DNA of 64,000 nt from Azolla caroliniana (lineage: Eukaryota > Plantae > Polypodiophyta): positions 6,138,001 to 6,202,000 of the forward strand of contig JBHGNT010000002.1 of assembly GCA_043228905.1 (NCBI GenBank), read 5' to 3'. The position numbers and the translations under genes were made by a program. Below are positions 46,661 through 57,400 of this stretch, one piece after another. Under the pieces are notes generated by a model. That model had not been told where the DNA came from and did no database searches. It saw nothing but the letters and a program-made list of their open reading frames with translations. Each line of letters begins with the position of its first letter. Within the stretch, counting starts at the first letter, position 1.

Positions 46661-49600
46661 TGTCACGATATTCAGCGAGTACGTGTAGGATCCAAGGCGG
46701 GACCGCGGGGGTCTTTGACTAGGGAGTAGAGGGTACCAACAGATTGACTCCCTCCGTGACCGGCCGCACCAGAGTAGCACAAAACCGGAACGTTACCGAT
46801 TGGGCACAGGAGGCTACTGAACAGAAAGGAGGACGAGATGGATAGAGAGAGAGAGCACGCACGCATGCAACACTGGCCCAACTCACGCCCTTATGTACAG
46901 AAACGAAAGAAAGAGAACACTAAAGAAACCCACACAAACACCGAACGCAGAACCTTCCACATGTAAATTTACAAGAACAAGAGACAATATCGGCTTCGAG
47001 CCAGACCTAGGAAGCTCAGGATACAACAGTTGTCAATTGCCAAGCTGCCGGTCGGGGAGCTCTCGGGCTCATCACGCCGAGCGGGGTCTTGCACAGGAGA
47101 CAAGGCCGAAATAGAACCGCTAGATGTCAGGACTCGCTCGCCCAAAACAACGAAGAAGAAGCAAAACTAGATGAAACCCTAGGCAAGACAAAATAAAGAG
47201 AAAGAAAACTAACTTACTTCGAACCTAACAGTATACCCTCCTAACTCAAAATGGGCAACCCCTCTACAAGGGACCCTCCCTTCCTTTTATAGAACAAGGA
47301 GAGGGATGCGTTACAATGTGGGATAAATCTCTATTTACATGGGATTCTCTGTCCCAACTTGACTCCTACTCGGCACATGATGCACTCCGATATTCCCCGG
47401 TTTTTCACCATGGCCCGGATTCTTCATGACATCTGCCCCCAGCAAACCGCACGTCCACCGGTACGTGGCAAGTACGGAGAAGGGTGAGAGATTCCAGCTG
47501 GTGAGGAATCGTTCTTCTGTAATCCGCATTCCGGCTCCGTGTTGGCCTCGCCGATCCGAACCGTCAGCTCTGGTTCCTTCTCCGCGTTTGCCTCCCCATA
47601 GGTTTGTTCAACCTGTCGATAGGTCATTCGTCGCGTGCTTCTCCTTTGGCCCTTCTTTCGACCGCATGCACGCTTCCCATCCCTTCGGATACACGGTGTC
47701 CTCCGTCCAAGGAGTACCCGTGATGGCCCGCTTGGCCTCCGTCGACCTTCGCGTCGTCCCAATTCTTGTTCCGCGCTGATCTCGACCGCCTTCATCCCCT
47801 CACCGCCACCTACCTTCCCCTTGGTCTTACGTCGCCACGGCGGCCGAACTACCAAGGTCTCCGAAACCAGTGTGGAGTATCCCTCTCCGGCCTTCTACAC
47901 GAGATCACCTAGACCGACAACCCATCTTCTCTCCTGTATTCCCGCTCTGGCACCTCCGTGTACCGTGCATCCCCTACTCGTGTTCGGCTTCACTTGTGCC
48001 AAACTCCGGTTACTTCCCATGCACGCGTTGTAGGTCCTCGCCCGGCCAGATCGTGCATCGCCGCTTCTCCGCATACCGGTGTCCTCCGCATACGAGGAAC
48101 ACCCCGTAGTAGCCCGCTTGGCTACCTTCTTCTTCCGCTGCTGCCACCGGTTCGGAGCCTTCTACTTGGCGTCGTCCCCTCGCCCCCACCAGCTTGTTAC
48201 CTTGGGAGTGGCTTGCCACACCAATCGTTGCCATTCCGACTGAGCCACCGAGATCACCGAAGCGGGTGTGGAGGATCCTTCTCCAGCCCTCGATCCTGTT
48301 TTCGGTCTCCAATCCATGCAGTCTGTTACAGGCCTGTGCTCTCATTCCCGACACCGTTGTGCCCCGTCTTCCGCCTTCCTTGTTCGGCACCACCTGTGTC
48401 GAACGTCGTCCCGTACCTGTGCTTTGCTTTGGCCCTCAATGGCCACACGCACATCTTCTGATCCGCTTTTGGGTGTGCCCTTTCTGGCTCGGCGCACCGC
48501 TCCTTGACTGGGTGTCCCCGGCAGCTTACCGGAAGATCACCCTTGCCACGTTCCAGCCCGCATGGCCTCCTTCGTTTGCGTGACGCCTTGGTTATTCGGT
48601 GCTTCTGTTGTTGACGCATTTGTCCCCTTTCCGCCACCTTCCATTACCCTCGGTCTCACGTTGCCACATCGGCCGAACTACCAGGGTCTCCAGACAGCTG
48701 TGAAGGATCCTTCTTGGGCCTCCGATTTGTTGGGTCACCAACTCGTGTATCGAGTGCATCCGATCTTTGTCCTGTCGACTCTGTCAGTCAGGTCTGTATT
48801 CGGTTCGTGGTCGCGTCGCTGGCCTGATACCTCTTTCCGCTCTTTTTTTCGTCCCTTGCTTTGTCGGATTCCATTCACCTACTGCCACCGTCCTTCTCTC
48901 TAGGTCTCACGTCGGCTCTTGGGCCGACTGCCGGAGTCTCCGGTTCAGTGTGAGGATCGTCGTAGGATCGCCCATCTGCTACCTTCGCCCTCATCCCCTT
49001 GCCGCCACCACCAGTCTCTTGGTCTTACGTCGGCTCCGTTGCCGACTGCCGAAGTCTCTAGATCCGGTGTTAAGGATCCTCCTTGGGCCTCCCGTCTTCC
49101 CAACCCTATCCTGAGTCTTCCTTCTCTGCGTGTCGAGACGGTGGCTCACTCCACACCCTCTCCCGTGGTACCGATGTACCATGTTCCGGCCTCCCCGTAG
49201 GCCTGCTTCTTTCTCTCTTCTGGATCAGTTATCTGGAAGTCTGCTCCGCCCGGTTCTCGTCTGGGTCCGTCCGTCACTCCGCATTGTCGGGTCCCGTTCT
49301 CCTACCGCAACCGACAGTATCTTGGTCTTACGTCGGATCCTATGCTGACTGCCAAAGTCTCTAGCCTGATGTGAGGTGCCCCATAGGACCGGTCTTCGTT
49401 CTTCGCTTCCGGATCGGTTGTATTGGTCGTGACCTTCGCGTCCTCGCCGCCACTTTCCGTCTCTTAGGTCTTCCATTGGTTCTCAGACGCAACCGCCTAA
49501 GTCTCGAGAATGAGTGTGGAGGACCCATACTTCAGTCAACCGCCTCTTTCGTTCCTCCTCGCCGCCATCGATTCCCTTCCTTGCGCTTCCCCACCATCTC

Positions 49601-52028
49601 CCTTCTCTTTCGGTCTCACGTTGCCATGCCGGCCGAACTGTCGAAGTCTCCGATCAAGATGTGGGGATACCGATTTCATAACGACTCCCGACGACTTATC
49701 CCAGGCCATCGACCCTTTTAGTGGTGTCGTTGGAAAGCATCTGCTCTATGATCGATCAAGCCCCGCCTGGGCTTGATTCTCCAATGTCTGGAGTCTCAGC
49801 TCCGATGCCGATCCTGCCAGACTCATTCTATACTCTCAATCATCTTCTTCCCAATTCCCGACCTTCTCCCGATCGGTCTTTCTCCCCATGTAAAAGAGGG
49901 TGGCTCGTCCCGCACCCTCTCCCGTATCGGCACCTTCATACCGAACCTTGCCCCTGTTGAACGATCCACATCCGGATCGTGCTCCACCCAAATCGGAATG
50001 CCAACCAATTTGATCCCCGGTCGGGTCGACTTCCGATTCCGCTCCCTTCGACGTCGGCTCTCATTTCCTCTTTCTTCTCTGCCGCGGCTCCGTCCTCGAC
50101 CTCCTCGCAGGCCGTTTCCCATCCATCTTCGTTGGCTTCATGCCAGGACTCCTCGATGGCGCCTTCCATCTCTCTGGTCTTATGTCGGCACACGGGCTCA
50201 ACTGTCGAAGTCTCCGGAATCCGCGTGGAGGGCTCTTCTGCACTCCCAACCTCCTCCTTGGCCGGTCTTTCTCCGCAAGTCGAGAGGGTGTCTCGCTCCA
50301 CACCCTCTCCCGTGGTACCGTCGTACCATTCTTCGGCCTCTGCCTAGGCCATGTCTGCCTTGTTCAGAAGGCCGACTAGCTTTGAGTCTTCGGTATCCGT
50401 CCGCGTGCCAGATCTCTCTTCTTCTTCGACCATCACCTTCAGAGCCTCATATGCTTCCCGGAGCAAAGCTCCGACATCAAGCTTCACCGGTTCTTCTCGA
50501 TGCGTGCCCGCTTCCTGACGTGATGACACGTCGTCGCACGTTATCTTCCTTTTTCCTTTCGCGGACCCCTCCTCGTCCAACCGTCGGCATACTCATTCGA
50601 CTTCCGACTAGTCCTTGGTAAGGCCATTCGCTTCTTCATCGTCTTCGAGCTTAATCCCGATGGCCTCCCGTTCCGCTCAGTCAATCGACCTAATGAACAA
50701 CAGGACTTTGTCCGCCCCCACCAGACTTTGTTCCCGCTCCAAGAGCTGAGCAAGCCGCCGCTCGAACTCCCGAAACGCCTTCGTTGCGCCCTGGTGGGTC
50801 TTCACCGACGCAACCCACTAGTCAAAACCGCGTCGTCCCCAGCGCTTCCACCGTCCTCCATATGCCTGCAGGAGCGCCTCTTCGCAGGCCTCCCACGAAC
50901 TGTGAGCTTCTCAGAGCTCCTTTACTTCCACATGCATACGGATGGCAACGACCCGACAGAAGAACTCCAACCTCAACGCCTCGTCTACGCTTCACACCTC
51001 CATTTCTGCGATGTAGGCTGCCAAGTAGAATGGGACTTTGTCCCCATTGAAACGGCCAACTCTTTCGACCACTTGCTCAATAGCTTGTTGCGTTGCTTCT
51101 CGCCTCACCACCACTCGTACAAACTCCAACACCACTTCGGCCATCATCTCCACGAAGTCATTGTCTTCTGACTCCGTCCTCCTTTGCCGCATTTCATGTC
51201 AGGTTCACCAAAGATGCCGCGATATTCCGCGAGTATGTGTAGGATCCAAGGCGGGACCGCAGGGGTCTTTGACTAGGGAGTAGAGGGTACCGGGAGATTG
51301 ACTCCCTCCGTGACCGGCCGCACCAAAGTAGCACAAAACCGGAACGTTACCGATTGGGCACAAGAGGCTACTAAACAGAAAGGAGGACGAGATGGATAGA
51401 GAGAGAGCACGCACGCATGCAACACCAGCCCAACTCATGCCCTTATGTACAGAAACGAAAGAAAGAGAACACTACAGACACCGAACGCAAAACCTTCCAC
51501 ATGTAAATTTACAACAAGATACAACATCGGCTTCGAGCCGGACCTAGGAAGCTCAGGATACAACAGTTGTCTATTGCCAAGCCGTTGGTCGAGGAGCTCT
51601 CGAGCTCATTGCACCGAGCGGGGTCTTGCGCAGGAGACAAGGCCAAAAAAAAACCGCTAGATGCCAGGACTCGCTCACCCAAAACGACGAAGAAGAAGCA
51701 AAACTAGATGAAACCCTAGGCAAGAGAAAATAAAGAGAAAGAAAACTAACTTACTTCAAACCTAATGGTATACCCTCCTAACTCAAAATGGGCAACCCCT
51801 CTACAAGGGACCCTCCCTTCCTTTTATAGAACAAGGAGAGGGATGTGTTGCAATGTGGGATAAATCCCAATTTACATGGGATTCTCTATCCCGACTTGAC
51901 TCCCACTCGGCGCCATAAAGGCACCCCTATTATTCACATGGTTTTACAAGGGTAAGTGCACATGATGCACTCCGCCGATTCTTCCGATATTCCCCGGTTT
52001 CTCACCATGGCCCGGAATCTTCACGACA
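46661..52028 (-). mobile_element. Non-autonomous Gypsy-type element F (D lineage): gag remnant, no pol
   Basis: LTRs 46661-47431 and 51215-52028; TSD ACGA at 46657-46660 and 52029-52032; Trp-like PBS TTCATGTCAGGTTCACCA 51193-51210; PPT complement TCTGCCCCC at 47432. Confidence 0.88.
50400..51192 (-). pseudogene. Element F gag N-terminus remnant
   Basis: QVVERVGRFNGDKVPFYLAAYIAEM resembles D gag RLVQRNGQFNGKDVSRYLQDYKAEM. Confidence 0.7.
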
Positions 52029-52239
52029 ACGAAAACTTACAAGTTGACCTTAGGCTCGTTGACCTTTGGCGCACATCAAATTTTTGTTCTTGTTGACCTT
52101 TGGGGGTTGTCAAACTTTCAGCTCGTCAAGCTTTGCGGCTCGTCGAGCTTTCGCGCTCCTTAAGGCTCGTCAAACTTTGGGCTCACAACATGAGAGCACA
52201 AGATGCGGTGACACTACAAGACAAGAATGACTGACAAAC

Positions 52240-52508
52240 ACTACTGAGGAAGGCTAACACACAAACATGAATGTTCAAACACTTTTATGAAGAGGAGAGG
52301 AGCATGGACAAACCCAAATCGCTCCCTAGTCACAAGACGTCTGAACGCATGAGGAGAAGACAAACATGAATGTTTGAACACCTTTATGAAGAGGAGAGGT
52401 GCATGCACAAACCTAAAATGATCCCTATTCACAAGATGTTTTGTGAAGAGGTGTGGTGCATGGGAAAGGCCAAAACATTCCCTAGTCACAAAACATCTTA
52501 ATGCATAA
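52240..52508. repeat. Degenerate ~99-bp tandem repeat (about 2.5 copies)
   Basis: ACAAACATGAATGTT...TTTATGAAGAGGAGAGG...CCCTAGTCACAA recurs. Confidence 0.6.
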
Positions 52509-52951
52509 TGTAAAAAGTAGCGTGCGGAAGCAAGTATGAAGACCGAACAGAAGGAAGAAAACTCAGGTTTAATGGAGAGCTTGAGCTTACACAGTATACG
52601 CGGGAGAGACAGAGAGAGTGAGAGAGAGAGAGAGAGAGAACACAAGAACTATATTCAACAAAAAATACTCAATCTCTATTCACCACGCTATACATATGTG
52701 TGTTCAATGAACACTTTTATACAAGTCCTAGAAGGACTGACCGAAGTACTGACAGTACTTCAATGCTCATTAAGAGCTCCTACACTAACTCCCAAATATA
52801 TTCCTCATGGAATATCTTTCCTAACGGCCTCCCGGTTTACGCACCGATCCGGCCCTACCTACACACCGGTCTGCGTACCGGTTTACGCATTCGGCCTAAC
52901 CGATCGGTCCTCGGCTTCTTCAGCCGATCCGGCTGATGTTGAGCTTGTCTC

Positions 52952-54458
52952 TCAACACTCCCCCTCAAGCTCAACTTGAGGCTCTTTGGGATCTTCAGGC
53001 TCACAGCTCCGGTTCCTCCTAGCTTCACGCCTCGCTCGCGCTCCACGACCTGTTCGACTCCGCGCGCTTCGACCCTTCCGGTCTGCTTGTCTACTCATGT
53101 GGCCCTTATCAGCTCTTCTGTTGTTGCGGTGTTGACGCTTCTCCTGTTGCCTTTTCTTCCGCTTGGGCCTCGGTTGATTCAGCGTATCTGAATCAAACAT
53201 CCGAACCGACTCGGCTACCTCCGATCGGTTTTCGCTCTCGTCCGAGTTGGCTGTCTCCAACTTGTCTTCGGTCTTCTCGCCCTCGATGGCGTCATCTTCC
53301 CCATGCGTGGTTGGCTTCGGCTCTCTCCTTCGGCTGCTCCCCTTCTGTCCGCTTCCGGACTTTTCCGCGGGTCCGCCCTCGGCTTCTTCAGCCGATCCAA
53401 AGTCGAACTCGACAACCGAGTCAACCGACTCGGTGTCACGGTCTCCACTCCTTTCCTGTTTCCTTGCTTGGTCGTTCGGGATTGTTATCCCCCTCAAGTT
53501 TGGCACGTCAAGGTGACGCAATCCGAGCGCACCTGAGAATTGCCGCAACTTGTCCAGACCAAGAGGCTTGGTGAAGATGTCGGCAGTCTACCGATCCGTC
53601 GGAACATACTGAAGTTCGACTTCACCAGAACGGACATGCTCACGGACGAAATGGTAGTGCACCTCAATGTGCTTAGTCCGTGCGTGGAAAACGGGGTTTT
53701 TCGCGAGCTGGATGCTGCTGAGGTTGTCACAGTAGATCGTCGTCCGATCTGACACCTCCTCTTGCAGGTCCTTAAGTAGCCGCTTCAACCATATGGCTTC
53801 GCATGTCGCGACAGCCGCTCCTCGGTACTCAGCTTCGGTGCTCGACAGTGCAATTGTCGGCTGCTTCTTACTTCTCCACGCGATCGCAGTGTTACCGGCC
53901 GGCAAGGAGTCCAAATTACGGAGTGAAGGAATTAATTAGATATGGTTGTAGATAAGCATAGTGTGGACGGACGGACTGGAAACGGTATGCCGTTCCAGAT
54001 CCGGACGGATCCCGAATAGGTGCGAGAGGCACCGTTTTGTACTACGGGCCGGAAACCTATTTAAAGGCCCGGACCCTATTGTAATGACAGCGGATAATTA
54101 GTAGAGCTTATGTTGTTTATACTTCTGTCTTGATTTCCGTTCTGTAATCACTGTTATATCTTACGCGTGTAATTAACCAAAGCAATCTAATAGTGTAACC
54201 TACGTAAGTCAGTGTAATCGTTGAATCTTAATCCTACGCCGTAATCACCCTTTGGTGAAGTGTCTCCGTGACACCTTGTGTTAGGCCTTGTCCGGCTAAG
54301 AGAGTAACACGCAGCACTCCCGAGGGAGAACGTGTATCCGGACGTGGATCGGCGATCGGCGGCGTTGCCAGCCCAATCAGCATCGGTGTAGCCGACTAAC
54401 TGGGCGGCTGCACCGGTCCGATATAGCAATCCCCAGTCCTTAGTGCCGTTGACATACC
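52952..54458 (-). pseudogene. Copia G RNase H plus long C-terminal extension (split by the solo LTR)
   Basis: GYTDADWAG, SSTEAEY, HARTKHIEVHYHF, ADIFTKPL, then ORF 52952-53548 in the same frame. Confidence 0.88.
53890..54309. mobile_element. Solo LTR (420 bp)
   Basis: TGTTAC...GTAACA termini; TSD CGCAG at 53885-53889 and 54310-54314; TATA-like CTATTTAAA near 54057. Confidence 0.88.
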
Positions 54459-57400
54459 TGTTGGGATTTCGGTCCCTCCGGATGGGATGTCCGGAGATGA
54501 ATGACGGCAAGCCCGGAGGCTGTTACGGAACCGTAGGATGAAGAGTACCCGGCATGAAGCCGGATGAAGAGTACCCGGTTACGGAGCCGGATGCTGTAGA
54601 CCCCGGCTACGGAGCCGGATGACGAAGACCCGGCTACGGAGCCGGATGATGAATGTACCCGGAGAGAGATCCGGATGCGGGGACATATTTGTGAATATGT
54701 TTGCCAAGGGCCCTTGTGGTTATATTTGTAAATGGCCCGAAAAGTCATATGTGTATAAATATGACTTAGGGCAAACAGTTTAGTTGTTGCTTAATTTTTC
54801 ATGCGAAGTGAGAGCAGCCGAGAGAGAGAAAGAGAGAGAGACGAAGAGGTCGTTGCCTCTGTGTATTGCCGCCGCCTGTGGCGAAGACAGTGAGCTCAAG
54901 GTTGTTGCCTTGTAGCTTCACCAGTGTACATCCCTGTTCATAGTGATAGTTGGAGTTTGAGGACTCCCGTGGTTTTTCCCATTTAGGGTTTTTCCACGTA
55001 AAACATCCAGTGTACCTTTCTCTCTATTGTTTTTCGTGCATTGCAGTATTTCCCGTTTTCTGTGAATCGATCCTGTTCCTCGGTTGTGGCCGAGCACGGA
55101 ATTTCAATAAAGTGGTATCAGAGCGACGGTAACACAGAAAATGGAAGGCGGCAGCAGCGGGCAGCCGGGAATGATGGTGCTGAATGCGCAGAATTACGCC
55201 GACTGGAAGATCAAGATGGAGGATGTTCTGATTGTTCGGGACCTGTACGAACCGATTGACAGGTCGGAAATACCGAAGGGAGTACTTGAGTCGGAGTGGA
55301 AGCTCCTGAACCGGAAAGCAGTAGCGACGATCCGGCAATATGTCGATGTAAGTGTCCTGCAACATGTGGCGAACGATACGAACGCCTATGAGATGTGGAA
55401 GAAGCTGTCGGGCCTCTATGAGAGGAAGAATGCGTTGAACCGGACCTCCCTGATGAGAAAGATAGTGAACCTCAAGTACCGGGACGGCGAGAGTATGGTG
55501 GAACACGTAAGCACGTTCATGGGATTCGTGAACCAGCTTGCGGCGATCAAGTTCCCGTTGGAGGATGCAATGCAAGCCATCATCCTGATGTGTACATTGC
55601 CGGACAGCTGGGAGAACTTGGTGGTGACTCTCAGCACCTCCTGCACGGAAGACAACTTGTCCCTACAAACGGTAAAGACAAGTATTCTAAATGAAGAAGC
55701 GCGTCGGAGAGATAAAGAACCGGCCTCCGACTCGAAGGCGCTGCTTACCGAATCGGAACGGGGAAGACAATGGAACCGGAGTCCGCAAAGACGGGAGAAG
55801 TCGGGGACCCGGTCGCAGTCAAGAGGAAGGCCCACATGCTTCCACTGTGGGAAGTCGGGGCACTTCCGGAAGAATTGTCGGCATTACCGAAAGGACAACG
55901 GAGCCGACGACACCGATTCGAAGAAGTCACCGGAGAGAAACGGTGCATACCGGGGAGCCACGGACCGGAGAGGTCCGGATCGGCGAGGGCAGGACCGGAA
56001 AGGAACGACGGCACTCGCGGCAAGTGAAGAAGAGATAATGCTCATTACCGAAGAGAGGGAGCTGAACCTTGCCGGTGTAGAGATGACCTGGGTGGTCGAT
56101 TCCGGAGCGTCGTTCCACCTGACCCCGGAGAAGAAATACTTCTCATCCTACACAGCCGGTGAGCATGGCTGTGTCCGGATGGGAAATGAAGGCACATGCC
56201 GGATTGCCGGCATAGGAGACGTGTGGCTGATGACATCAACCGGATGCAAGATGCTGCTGAAGGATGTGCGACACGTTCCGGAGGTCCGATTGAACCTGAT
56301 CTCGGCCGGGAGGCTAGATGATGAAGGCTACACGGGTAGCATCCGGAACGGTGTCATGAAGTTCAGCAAGGGGAGCCTGATAGTGGCTCGGGCCCGGAAG
56401 GTCAACACACTGTACCTGATGAACTCCCGGCTATGTCCGGAAGAGCTGAATGTGGCAGCCGACACTGCCGGTGAGCTGTGGCACAAAAGACTGTGCCACA
56501 TGAGTGAGAAGGGGATGAAGAGGCTTGCAGAAGACAACCTTATTCCAGTGAAGCATGTGCACCTGGAGAAGTGCACCGATTGCCTGGCCGGTAAGCAGAA
56601 CCGAACCTCCTTCCACTCAAGGCCACCGACGAGACGTAGCGCACCATTGGAGTTGGTGCACACCGATGTGTGTCAGGTAGAAACGAAGTCACATGGCGGA
56701 GCCCAGTACTTCGTAACATTCATTGATGATCACAGCCGGAAGCTGTGGACGGCACCGTTGAAGACAAAGGACCAAGTATTGTCCGTCTTCAAAGAACTCC
56801 ACGCGAGAGTGGAAAGGGAATCCGGCAAGAAGCTAAAAGCGATACGAGCGGATAACGGAGGGGAATACCGGGGGCAGTTCCAGGAGTACTGTCGCTCGAA
56901 GGGAATCCGGCTCGAGTTTACTGTGCCGAAAACGCCGGAACTGAACGGGCTGGCCGAGAGGATGAACCGGACCATAATGGAGAGGGTCCGGAGTATGCTA
57001 GCGCATGCGAAACTACCCAAGGGATTTTGGGCTGAGGCAATGTCGACGGCGACGTATGTGATAAATAGATCACCCTCAGTACCTTTGGACGGAGACACGC
57101 CGCAGAAAGTGTGGACCGGTAAGGAAGTGTCCTACCGGCATCTGAAGGTGTTCGGGTGTCTCACATACGTGCATGTGGCAAAGGACCGGAGAGGAAAGTT
57201 AGATCCAAAGACCCGGCCATGCATATTCCTCGGTTACGGCGATGACGAGTTCGGCTACCGAGTATGGGACCCGGTCGACAAGAAGATATTCAGGAGTCGA
57301 GATATCATCTTCAAGGAGGACAAGACGCTCGCCGACTGGGAGTCGGAGAAGAAGATGAAGAGCTCCAAGTCGACCGGTGAGGATAAACTCTACGAGGAGC

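Noticed and set aside
47424-50621. Many overlapping 80-280 aa ORFs in F, and antisense ORFs across A, D, G and H
   Set aside because: Expected in GC-rich sequence and opposite coding strands; no recognisable domains.
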